From Saprolegnia diclina VS20 (Eukaryota), in assembly GCF_000281045.1 (NCBI RefSeq), contig NW_008246142.1, positions 30,634 to 94,357 on the forward strand: DNA of 63,724 bases, written 5' to 3'. Within the stretch, counting starts at the first letter, position 1, and the number at the start of each line of letters is the position of its first letter. Below are positions 33,518-44,830 of this stretch, piece after piece. The notes below the pieces were generated by a model. That model worked only from the letters and a program-made list of their open reading frames with translations. It did no database searches and had not been told where the DNA came from. The position numbers and the translations under genes are program-made.

Positions 33518-36500
33518 CTATGCCTCGAGCCCCAGCAGCACCACGATGGTGGTGGTGATGCATGCGACGAGGTTGATGACGTTGGAATGCGCGCTCGACT
33601 TGGTCACATGTTGCACCGATGGCTCGTTGGTCGCAGCAGCAGTGTTGGTGTCGGGTGCCGCTATGGGGGACCCACTCGGCGGAGCCGTACTACCCGGTGC
33701 CGTGGTCGGTGCCGTGGTCGGTGACGCGCTCGTCGTCGTCGGTACCTACGATCCACGACTCTGATGAGCGTCGAGGATGCTGCGTAGGACAAAGCGCACC
33801 GGCACGCCTTGGTACAGCGCAACAACTTTAGTAAGAGTAATCGCGCTAACGCGTCTCCAGCCGTCGGACTGCAGTTGCTGCTGCAGCAGACTTGCATTCG
33901 CCGCCTAATGTATGCAGCCAATGCTAAAACAATACGAAATGGGAAGCGTCGTACCTGGAGCGACGCTAGCACCGCACTTTGGGTGCTCTCGTTGACGGCG
34001 GCGTGGAGGCTGATGACGCTGCCGCCAAGAGCAAAGGCGTCCACATCGGCGGGCGGCGCCGCCTCGACGTTGCGAACTTCGACGCTTGTGGCGCCCGAGA
34101 GCGACCGAAGCGCGTTGCGGAGCGCATCGAGAAGCACGGGGCCGACGTACCCCGGGGTGTACCCGCCAAGCGTCAAGACGGCGCTAACGTAGTTGGTTGC
34201 CCGCTGTTTCGCGACACAACCGCCGTAGCTGTTTCTGGTCGTGGTCGACACCGGACAGGCCGCACACGTCGACGCAGTAGACGCGTGGCATGTCGTGCCC
34301 GGGGCACAGCCGCACGCAATGCACTTTGTGGAGCCGCCCGTCGAGTAAAAGCCGGTCGCACACGTGAGGCAGTCGGTGGGTGCCGTCGCACCCTGCGGAG
34401 CTGCGCTGCCCGCCTTGCAAGACGCCGGTTTGCATTGGTCGGTGCCGCCTTTTGAAAAGAACCCCGGGCTACACGGTGAGCACTGGCGGTCGCTCACATC
34501 GGCTCCCTACAATCAGTGATACACTCTGCGATTAGGAAGCAAGGAATGATGTACCTCGGGAGAGCTGTACCCCGGTGGACACGTCGTCGGCTTGCACTGC
34601 GCCGCACCGCCAGGCGAGAAGAACCCCGCGGCGCACGTTTCGCAGCGGTGAATGCTGCGGTACGCACCTGTAAAGTTGGACGCCCATCCGCGCGGGCACG
34701 CCATGGGGGCGCAGTCGAAGCCAGCGCCCGGCGAGAAGTGCCCCGGGGTACACTGCGTGCAGTTGCCGTCCGATGACGACGCGCCTTGCGCCGAGCCAAA
34801 GCCTGGTTTGCACACCGTTATCTTGCACTGCACAGCGCCACCGGGGCTAAAGTAGCCAATGGGGCAGAGCGCACACGACCCATTGGTCGTGGCGGCGGCG
34901 GCCGGGGACGCCGACCCCGGGGCACACGTTGTGGGGCCGACGCATGCCACCGCGCCACCAGGTGAGAAGGTGCCTGCGGCGCACTTGGTGCACTCATCCT
35001 TGGCGTCGGTGGCGCCAGCAGGCGCCGCGGTGCCCGGGGCACACGTCGTCGGCTCGCACTGCGACGTGCCGCCGATGCTAAAGGTGCCTTGAGGGCACAC
35101 CGAGCACTGATCTTTCGGCGAGTGCGCGTTAGGAGGCGACGCAAACCCGGGTTGGCACATCGTGTCGCCCGTGCCTTTGCTGCCGCCTTCGCAAAACTGG
35201 CCGGCTGCACACACCGTGCAGTTGGTCACCACATCGACGGCGCCCGGCGGCGCGAATGACCCGGGTGGGCACTGCGTCGGCTGGCACTGGGTCGCATTGC
35301 CGTGGCTGAACGAGCCACCGGCGCAGACCTTGCACGTGTCCCGTTCTGTCGACGCCCCTAGCGCCGCCGACGAGGATCCTGGCGGACACGTCATGGTCTT
35401 GCATGGAGCGCTGCCGCCGGGGGAGTATAAGCCAGCTTGGCATTGCCCACAGCTACCAGTCGTCGAGTTGGCGCCTACGCCGTTCGTCAATACAAACTGA
35501 GCAAATCAACTGGAGACATACCTTCTCTAGAGCCAAACCCGGGTGCACACGTGCATGGCGCACAGTCGACGGTCCCACCAGGGCTAAAGAATCCAGCGGG
35601 GCATTTCACGCAGCGCGCCGTAGCGCTGTCCGCGGCGGCGGGGGCTGCCATGCCCGCAGGACACTGGGTATCATTGCAGGGCTTGTCTTTTCCGAGGCTA
35701 AATTGGCCTTGCCGACAGCTTTGGCACGTGCCCGCGCCTTCCGGGAGATACCAGCCGGGTTGACACGTTCCTGGCGCACACTGGGCAGCGCCACCGGGGC
35801 TGTACCACCCGACGGGGCAGAGCTGGCACATGCCACGTTCGAGATGCGCGCCTTTGGTCGCAGACGCATAGCCGTCCGGGCACGTTGTCGGGCGACACGG
35901 CTGGTTTTGGCCTAGGCCAAAGTACCCAACCGGGCAGTCGTCGCAGTCGGTCGGGGACGTCGATCCGTTCTTGGAGGCTTGGCCGGGCGGGCACAGCGCC
36001 GGCTTGCACACCGACGAGCCGTTCGAGTAGCTGCCTGGCTTGCACACCTCGCACCGGTCGGTTTGCTCTGGCGCAAAGAGGCCCGGGGCACACGGGACTG
36101 GCGCGCAGACGTCCGACCCGCCCTTGGCGTACGTGCCCAGCGGGCACCCCGTGCAGTCAGTCGCGTGCACCGCAAGAACATTGGCTTGCGACCCCGGGGC
36201 ACAGGTTGCTGGCGCGCATACAGCGTCACCGGCTGCCGCAAAGAAACCGCGCTTGCACTCGACGCAGGCGGACGCTTTCCCGCTCGACGCGTGCCCGTCG
36301 GGGCACGACGCACAGTCGTTGGTCGCGTGCGTGGCGCCGAGCTTGCCCGCGCTCCCAGGAGGGCACTGCATCGGCGTACACTGCATCGCGCCCCCAGTCG
36401 AGTACGAGCCAATCGGACAAGAGTCACAGGTCGACGTCGCGTCGGTGGCAGTCGTGGCATTGGAGCTAAACGCCGGGGCACACGCTGTGGGCGCGCACGC

Positions 36501-38322
36501 GTCGCCGCGGCCGGCACCGAACGCCCCCGCGCCACAGGGTTCACAGTCGGTCGTTGCGTTCGTCGCGCCATGCGGTGTCCCGTGCCCCGGCTTGCACGCC
36601 GCTTCCTTGCACTGCGTGGCGCCACCACGACCATACTTCCCCGGAGCGCAGCGCACGCAATCGTCGGTGGCGGTGGCATTGGCTTTGGCAGTGGACCCCG
36701 GGGCGCACGTCGCGGGCTGACACGTGGCGTTGCCGCCCGCACTAAAGTAGCCATCGAGACAAGGCACGCAGTCGCTCGTATGCATCGGCTGCGGCTTGGG
36801 CTCGTACCCGCCGGGGCACGTCGTTGGGGCACACTCAGCCGAGCCCACGGACGCAAACGTCCCCACGGGGCACCGCGAGCAGCGTGCTTGGCCACCAGGA
36901 GACGCAAACCCGGCATCACACGGCACGCAGTCGGCGATCGCGTCGGACGCACCTTGAAAACTCTCGGTGGAGGCTGGGCACGTCGTCGGGCGGCAGGACG
37001 CACCGTAGCCGACCGAGAACGTCCCCGCCGCACAGATCGAGCACGTCTCTCCGTCGGCGTTCGGTTCGTACCCCGGGTCGCACTGCGGGCTCATACACAA
37101 GCCACTACCACCGGTGGAATGCTGCGCCGACGGGCATGGCGTGCATTGGTCCTTCTTGGTCGCACCCAGATCGGCTTGGGTTCCGCGCGGGCACGTGGCA
37201 GCGGCGCAAGGAGTCGTGCCGCCGGCTGAGAAGTAGCCGCGCGGGCAGACGCTGCAGTCCGTCGCGTTCACCGCCGCAGCGTGGGGTTGAGTGCCACCGG
37301 GGCAGTCAACAGGTTTACACGTCGCGTCATTGCCGATGGAGAACGCGCCCGACGCGCACGGTACGCAGTCGTCTGAAGCGCTGGTGGACGCCGGTGGCGC
37401 ATAGTGGCCCGGGGCACACGTCGCGGGCGTACACGCTGACGCGCCGATGTCATCCTTGGCGGTACTTTGAGCAAAGGTACCATTACCACACTGTGTGCAT
37501 TCGCTCGTCGTGCCACCAAGCGAGACCCAACTAGGATGTAAGACAAACGTCAGACAACTTGTCCAATCGCGATTTGAGATATCTAGCGTACCCAGCACGA
37601 CACGTTTCACAGCTTTCAGTGGCGTCGCTGGCACCATCCGGGGCATATGTGCCCCGGGGGCACGTCGTATTGGCGCACATTTGAATGCCCCCGGTCGAAA
37701 ATTGACCGCCAGCGCAGCGCCGACAGTCGTCGATGGCACGCGGCGTCGCGCTGGGCTCAAAGCCCGATGGACAGATCATGGGCTCGCAGGTGTGGTCGCC
37801 GCCGGGGCTGAAGAATCCCGGGGCACACACATCGCAGTCGGTGGCGGTCGTTGCATTCGTCTGCGGTGAGGTGTTTGGCGGGCACTGCGTGGGCAAGCAC
37901 GCGCCTTGACCGTGGCCGGCATACGTGCCAACAGCGCACGCGTGGCACACGTCGTTTTCGCCCGTCGAGAAGGACCCCGGGGCACAAGCAACGCACGAGC
38001 TCGTGGCGTCCACCGCGGCGATTTTATCGCTGAAGAAACCAGGCGCGCATTGGATGATCTTGCACGGCGTCTCGTCGTCGTTGTCGCTGTAGTAGCCGGC
38101 GGGGCAGTTCATGCAGTCGGTCGCGTTGACAGCACCGGCTTTGGGGCCTTGGCCCAACGAGCACAGCGACGGGCGCTGGCACGCTTCCTGGGACCCGTCG
38201 TTCCAGCTGCCAGCGCGGCACTCGATGCACGTTGACGCCTCGTAGCCAAAGCCAGGCTCGCACACAAAGGCGGCGGTGGACGCCGCCAGCAGCGCCAGCA
38301 ATTCCACAAGTCGTCGCCGCAT
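33518..38322 (-). CDS. Large secreted, probably GPI-anchored Cys-rich repeat surface protein (GCC2/GCC3 or ephrin-receptor-like repeats), about 6 exons
   Basis: Signal peptide MRRRLVELLALLAASTAA. About 36 CxxCxxGx(F/Y)S-type units counted by eye, a Cys-free domain, a T/P/A stalk and a hydrophobic tail VINLVACITTTIVVLLGLEA*. Confidence 0.85.
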
Positions 38323-38707
38323 CCAAGCTCGATACTCTCTGTGAGCGACGAGCAAAATTCACGTTTGGAACATCACGACGTTCTTTGTTTTGTCTTTGGC
38401 GCCATCGAAAGATACCGATTCAACCAATCAGCGCGCGCCTCGAACAAGAGTGGTCGGACGAAGAAGCCATCGCACGCACCATGCGCATGTGCTGCCCATC
38501 GACGCCACCCACACAGGCAACACGAAGCCTTGTACCCACCCGTACTGTGTACGTCGGCCAGGGCACGTACCCAGCATGTCCCGACCAAATAGTCGACTGC
38601 GTTAGTTGTGCACCGGGGCACACCGCTTCAAGATCCGGTATCTTGAAGCGTCGCGATCCACTGCGTATCATTTGGCGATCTCCAGCATCGAGCATCAAAC
38701 GCGTGGC

Positions 38708-39136
38708 ATGCTCCAACGACTGCTCTGCACGTCGATGCTTGCGGCGACGGCCGCCGCCACTGACAAGACGTCGGCGTTCTACGTCTGCGGCTCGAGCGTT
38801 CCAGCGCTCAACGGCCTGTACGAGACAGACGGTGTCACGACCGCCGATAACGCGCCCGTGTTTACGCGTGCCGACGATGCCGACGACGACGTCGACAGCG
38901 ACTTTCGTGTCTACCGCCATGGCGGGTTCTGGGCAGTCGCCGACTTTGCGCCGTGGCCGCCCGAGGTGCACTTTCGCTGTGACCCGGCGCACGACGACGA
39001 CCACTGCAAGCGATATGCACCGTTGCCGCCCAACCGCGGGTACTCGTCGCGGGTGCCAAGCGACTCGACCAAAGTGAGTCCGACGCTGCAGCTACAGCCG
39101 TGCCGCAAGGCCCTCGCCTCTCAAGACGAATTGTAA
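38708..39136 (+). CDS. Small signal-peptide protein ending in QDEL (putative ER-luminal), function unknown
   Basis: MLQRLLCTSMLAATAAA signal-like N-terminus, four Cys in the mature part, C-terminal QDEL* and coding-like codon usage. Confidence 0.75.
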   Translation: MLQRLLCTSMLAATAAATDKTSAFYVCGSSVPALNGLYETDGVTTADNAPVFTRADDADDDVDSDFRVYRHGGFWAVADFAPWPPEVHFRCDPAHDDDHCKRYAPLPPNRGYSSRVPSDSTKVSPTLQLQPCRKALASQDEL

Positions 39137-39145
39137 AATATGTGA

Positions 39146-41183
39146 TTAGTTCCATGACGTCGACAGCTCTTCGTCGCGAAAAGCAAGCACAACCAAGAGC
39201 GCAAAGTGGTCGGACGCAAACGTCTCGTTGGGCAGCCAGTAATGGCGTCGTTTCGGGTTGGGCAGCTGGAAGACGCTAGGCGGCCACGCGCCAGAGTACT
39301 TGGGGTTACTATGGTCGCCAATTTTCACACGGCTGTCCCAGTCGCGTGGGATGAACGCCGCATAGTCTATCTCACAATTGTCCTTTTGCTGTCGACAATG
39401 AAAAATAGGTGCACCGGCGTCGACAATCGTAGAGGACTCGCGGACATCGTCACCAACCAAGGTGCCGAGTGGCGGCAGCGTCAGCAGCCGGAATGGCGCC
39501 AACTCCTACGGCATTTAGGTCGACCCGGCTTTGTGATGTTGGCGGCCGTACTTTTTTTGTGAAAAAGATATAATCGACCGTGCCGGTCCACGCTTCCGTG
39601 ACGTACGTACACGTGGGCTCGCCGCCGTAGCTGTAGCGGCCGTACGCGCTCTCAAAGACCTCAAAGTGCAGCAAACCGTCTTCCCGGTCACCGCGGAACT
39701 GCAGCGTCTCGTAGATTGCATCGTCGGGCTCGAGACGGCTCGGGCGCGGACACTGCTGGTCGTGCACCGTACCATCAATGAAGCGAGGCGTCTTGCCCGA
39801 GCAGTACGACAGCTACCCATCGCCGACAATCGGTCAGTCGCGCTCCGTCGTGCAATACGCATACTTTAAAAGGGTTGCTCAACTCGTCGTCATCGGCGGG
39901 GGGGACCACGGGGGGGCGGCCCCGCCACGCATGATGCCGGCCCTATCGAAAGCGTCAACTCGGTATCGAGACAAGCAACGTACTTGAAGCGTCTGAAACG
40001 GGGCCGACGGCGGGCTGTACGCGCTCCAGCCAAATGCATTTTTGGCCGCGACGCGAAACTCGTACTGGGTGCCAGCACTGAGCATCGTCATCTTGTGTGA
40101 CGTGGTCACATCGTCCAGCACGACTTCATGTGTGAACCCGACAGTCGTGCTGCCGTTTACGCGGCGGTCGACTCGATACGCGAGCACCGGACCGTCCTAC
40201 GGGCGTCATTTTGACAAACCCTTCGTCGACGTCTCTCGCACCACAGAGATTGGCGCCTCCCACGAAAGAACAAGCGTGCTCGTTGTCGCATCGCTTAGAA
40301 CCGGTGGCGCCATGCGCGTCGGAGGAGCCGGCGCCGGCCGCGCCCGCCCCGTACGCATCACGTGGTAGACGTCGTCGCTGGGGCGGGCGTTGAACGAGCC
40401 AGCAACGACGATGGGCATTTGAAAGTCAGCGTTGAACGCCTCGACTTGCGGAAGCAGATACCGCAACTGGAGGTCCCGCACGACGTCGTGGTCCCGGTGG
40501 CTTGCGAGTTGTACGTTGACTAGCGTAATTCTGACGAGATTTGTTCGCCAAAAGCACCGTACCGATGCAGAGAGGGCTCGGAAATGCACAGGTTTCCCAA
40601 GGCTGCAGTGCGACAAAGAGAGCAATGTTGTCTTGCTCGAGCTTGGCCGCGAGGTTCTCGCGGCGCGTCTGGGCCACGAGGTCGTTAAACTCGATACGCT
40701 GCGTTCGAAAAATCTGAAAATTGAGCCGCCGAAACGCAATGACGAGCCCGTCGTCATGGTCACCCGGTCGACAATGGTACACGCTATCGTAGCCGAGTGC
40801 GTTGAGCGCAGGGATCCAAAACAATTCGTAGTCGTCGACTTCCTACGACACATGAATCCTATATTCTGCGCATTCGATGCAAGGTGGCGCGACCTGCAAG
40901 CATACAACATCGGCGTCGTAGGCGGTAATTTCTCTACAGTTCGTATGGAACCCAAGCAGATGATGTCAAGCACGAACGCGAGGAGCTGGTCCTTGCGACG
41001 CGTGCTGCCCAGTATGTACTCGGCACAGTACGGCTTGTACTTGGTCGTCGCGTGCAGCTGGCGCATGAGGTTGTACGACAGCACAGACACGGTCTCCTTT
41101 GTCGAGAGCTCGTAGATGGCGCGGACGTCATTGGACGCCGTGACGAGCCGCCGGCCACCAAAGAGCGCGGGACCGTCGACCAT
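39146..41183 (-). CDS. CCR4/nocturnin/PDE12-like EEP-fold protein with an inserted fibronectin type III domain (multi-exon)
   Basis: VLSYNL, DVVCLQ|EVD, IVVAGSFN, FN3 (LVLSWEAP..LAYRV..GTQYEFRVAAKNAFGWS..S), GTVDYIF and ASDH. The spliced frame is open. Confidence 0.85.
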
Positions 41184-41234
41184 TGGTTCTTGAAACGGCG
41201 TAACCTCTCTTCACATTTTTTCGCAACACCTGCA

Positions 41235-42078
41235 ATGGAAAAGCCTATGACCGCATCGCCGTCCAAGGCGAGCGTCCGAGCGACGACCGCACCGGCGTCC
41301 CCGCCCGGGTCACCGACGCGCAAGGTTGCGCCGACGGTCAAAGAAATCAAGGCCCGGCTTCCGGACATTCCCCTCGACTTTTCCTTCATGAACCTCAACT
41401 CCATCCTCGGTGCGTCGTCCTTTCTCAGCAAATTTCATCTCAAGTCATCTCAACGAGATGACTGATACGACAGATATTGTCAAGGAAGATCCGATCTCGG
41501 GGCGGAAGCGACTCACAACCGACGACACGGGCAAAGTGGTATACCACCTCCAAGTCCTGCAAGTATCATACGCACGGTGTCGTCACTCGTAGCACAAGAA
41601 GACGGCTGCCAAAATTGTCGGCGGCGAGGTGTACACGCCGCCCGTCTCGATTCGGCTCAACGACAATGGCTTGACGTCGATCGACGATCTCGACGCCGCG
41701 CTCAGTGGCGTGTTTGAAGACCCGACGCGCCTCCAGTGGATCGACCTCAGCGGCAACGCGATTGCGCAGCTGCCCAAAACCGTCTTTGCGCGCTACACGC
41801 AACTCTCGACCTTGCATATGCATGCAAACAAGCTCTGCGCGTACGCCGACATTGACGCGCTCTTTTGCCTCGTGCATTTGCGCCAGCTCACGCTCCATGG
41901 CAACCCCGTGGAAGAGAAGAAGCACTACCGTGTGTACACGATCTACCACATGCCGTCGCTTGTACAGCTCGACTACAGCACCGTCACGCAGTGCGAGCGC
42001 GAGCGGTCCGAGACGTGGGCCGTCACGTACCGCAAGCAGCTCGCGATCCGAAGGGGCGACCAAGTCGACGACATGTGA
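41235..42078 (+). CDS. LRRC51: Leucine-rich repeat protein LRRC51-like (3 exons; alternative start 41247)
   Basis: PLDFSF, IRLNDNGL, LQWIDLSGNAI, LHMHANKL, LTLHGNPVE and an LRRcap-like YR...LDYSTVT..ER. Confidence 0.8.
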
Positions 42079-42728
42079 AAATAATGCCGACCTCGAGTTG
42101 CTCTAGGGTACCTAAGCACGTATACAACTCTGTATTTCTTGGCTTGTTAGCAAAGGCGACATGGCTTTGTATCGAGCACAAGATTAGAACGTTCGTTGTT
42201 GGTTGACGCCAACTAGAAGCGCGCCACCTACGATGGTAAACTGCTGCTATGAAATTGGATAGAGCAGACATGTGTAATAGGATAGAATATGGATTGAAAA
42301 CTTTATACAGACTAAAGACTCCACTACCATGCGTTGGAACACATGTTTTACTGACACCACCAACATGCGAGCAGCTTCTTGCCACCCCGACCAGTCTCCG
42401 CACGACGACCTCGGCTACTGCGTCAACGTGCAACGACACGTAACACAAGCGCGGCTGCCGCCCAGTAACGGAAGCCGCAGCGCGATGCGCGTTCTCTGAC
42501 AGCGCCCTTCAGCTCAAGTTGGTATTCCATAGTCAACTGCAGCTAGAAGAAGGAGCAGGTTAGGTGTAGCTAGCTCGAACTAACTCTGCTCATTCACTTT
42601 CCAATAGCCCATCGACACCAAGAGTGCAGCTTGAGGCAGGTTGCACGCCGACAGCGCCGTCGATTCACGTGTTCTCGGACAGGCAGTCGCTCGGCATTTC
42701 GTTTTTGAACGTGACAGTTACGACAATT

Positions 42729-44570
42729 ATGTCCAGCGCGCTCCGGCGGCTGAGCCGGTTCGCCACGTCCATGGACCTCGAAGTCAAATGGGGCGCCCGC
42801 TTTCGCCGGCCGCTGCTCGTTTGGGTCTACGTGCAGCATCTGATGACGTTTGTCTACTTTGGTCTTCTCGGCGCCATGCACCTCACGCTCGACCTCGGGA
42901 TGCGCGTGGCGATGCGCAGCTACGCCAGCGGTCCGTCCGGCGCGCTCCTCGTCCTCACGGGCGTCTTGCACTGCTGGCCATTTCTGCCATTACGCGTGCA
43001 GCAGCGCTGTGCCAGAGCCTGCGCCCGCCAAGGCCATCGCACGCATTCTCGATGGTGGCCAAAAAGCCTCGTGCCATCGACCAACGTCCAGATTGCACTT
43101 GGTCATTTCGTGGCCATTTCGTGCGAGACGTATACCGCGTACGACATGTCGTGCCGGATCGTGAACCCGCACCTTGCGGGCTTGTACGCGTCGCTCCTTG
43201 TGCTCAACTGCGTCTGCACCACGTGGCTTCTCTTTCTGCGAGATGCGAGCTCCAAGCTCGTGTGGGTGAATCTCCTTGACAGCGCGATTTCATTTGCGCT
43301 GTCGGCTGGGTTTCCGCTCTTCTTTTTGCTTTTGCCGCTCATTCGATTTGTGTTTGTCTCGAGCCGCGACATTGCCCATAGTTTGCACTGGTATGCGCAA
43401 ATCTACTCGACGTCGCGGACCTTGTGCGTGTCGTCGCTGCCGGTGCTCGCGCTGCGCGTTGTGCCGGGCGTCACCAACTTTGGCGTACTGCGACGCGTGT
43501 CGGCCTCCTTGCGCTACAAGCGCCATCACGCACTGGGACCGCCGCGGGGGACCATCCCCACAGGGTGGCGCGCGTTTACGCTTCAGCAGCGCCACGGACG
43601 GCTACTGAAGATCGTGCTCGCATGTAATGTGCTATGGGGTGTCGCCGTGGCCGTCACGTCGGTGCGGGCGCTCTACCTTCGGTCACCATGCCCCGACTAC
43701 TGCGTGTACGCATCGGCGCCGTGGTTTACCACCGAGTGCAACTGCATTTACGCCCTTCTCAACTGCCGCGACGCTGGCATCGAAGCCAACGACAGCGTCG
43801 ACAACCGTTTTCATGCGTCCATCGTTGGCCCGAACCTCGTGTTTCTGCATCTGCAGCGCTGCGCAGTTCCCAACGGTCTTGCGCTCGAAACCTTGTCGCA
43901 ATTTCAGAGCCTGTATGCCCTCAAGCTGGAGATGACGCAGTTGGCGCGGTGGGACGTTCCAGGGACCTCGCTCCCGTCGTCGGTGATGCTCATCGATGTG
44001 CGCTACAGCCAACTCGCGTCGGTGCCTTACATTCTGCGCTCGATGCCGCCGTCCGTGCGCTGGCTTTTCCTTGTGGGACACCCCAAGCTTGTGGATATTC
44101 CCAGTGACGTCTATGCGAACTGGACCAACCTTCTCTCGCTCTGGCTCGGCGATAACGCACTTCCGCACGTGCGACCGAGAGACATAGCACAAATGACATC
44201 GCTCCAGATTCTGGATCTGAGCAGCAACCAGATCGCAGACATCCCCGAGACTGAACTTGGCGCGCTGCCGCTGCTTCGAACGCTCTATTTGCACAACAAC
44301 GCCATTCGCATCTTTCCGTCGACGCTGTTGCGAGCCAAACCGAACCTCCTGCTCTCGCTCAACCACAACCCGATCGCGACGATTGCAGAGATCGTGGGTC
44401 GCTCGGTGCACGTTGCCTCTACGCCGTTCTGCACTGCGACGCCGATGACTTCAGCATGCTACGAAGACTGCGCGCCGAGCTGCGGCATGCCCTTTGTTGG
44501 CAATTACCTCTGCGACCTCGGTTGCAACACGACAGCGTGCGCCTTTGACGGCGGCGATTGTGATTTTTAG
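42729..44570 (+). CDS. Multi-pass (about 7TM) protein with C-terminal Cys cap, LRRs and LNR/Notch repeat, copy A; intronless
   Basis: Hydrophobic N-terminal half, CPDYC..PWF..CNC, LRRs (LWLGDNAL, LDLSSNQI, LYLHNNAI, LSLNHNPI) and LNR CAPSC..GNYLCDLGCNTTACAFDGGDC. Confidence 0.88.
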   Translation: MSSALRRLSRFATSMDLEVKWGARFRRPLLVWVYVQHLMTFVYFGLLGAMHLTLDLGMRVAMRSYASGPSGALLVLTGVLHCWPFLPLRVQQRCARACARQGHRTHSRWWPKSLVPSTNVQIALGHFVAISCETYTAYDMSCRIVNPHLAGLYASLLVLNCVCTTWLLFLRDASSKLVWVNLLDSAISFALSAGFPLFFLLLPLIRFVFVSSRDIAHSLHWYAQIYSTSRTLCVSSLPVLALRVVPGVTNFGVLRRVSASLRYKRHHALGPPRGTIPTGWRAFTLQQRHGRLLKIVLACNVLWGVAVAVTSVRALYLRSPCPDYCVYASAPWFTTECNCIYALLNCRDAGIEANDSVDNRFHASIVGPNLVFLHLQRCAVPNGLALETLSQFQSLYALKLEMTQLARWDVPGTSLPSSVMLIDVRYSQLASVPYILRSMPPSVRWLFLVGHPKLVDIPSDVYANWTNLLSLWLGDNALPHVRPRDIAQMTSLQILDLSSNQIADIPETELGALPLLRTLYLHNNAIRIFPSTLLRAKPNLLLSLNHNPIATIAEIVGRSVHVASTPFCTATPMTSACYEDCAPSCGMPFVGNYLCDLGCNTTACAFDGGDCDF

Positions 44571-44830
44571 CGTCAAGACCACAAATCTGTGATAGTCTCA
44601 TTCGCAGCCGCGTTTGACGTGCGCGTCATTGCCGTCTTGATAATCAAAGCACGTTGGGTGTGGGTCTTGCCCACATCAGGAACGTCTGCATGGGCAAAGG
44701 CCCTCAATATGGCGTGACGATCCGGTCGCACTGCACATTCTCAACTGCGTTTCAACCAAACCGCTGGAAAACGCCGCGAGGTTGACGATTAAACCGTCTA
44801 CTTGTCTACAGTGGCAGCATTCTACGTCGG

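Noticed and set aside
39800..40000. Apparent premature stop after the FN3 domain of the EEP gene
   Set aside because: Using the GATAG acceptor gives an open frame (GRHHAWRG...NPFK), so it is not a pseudogene.
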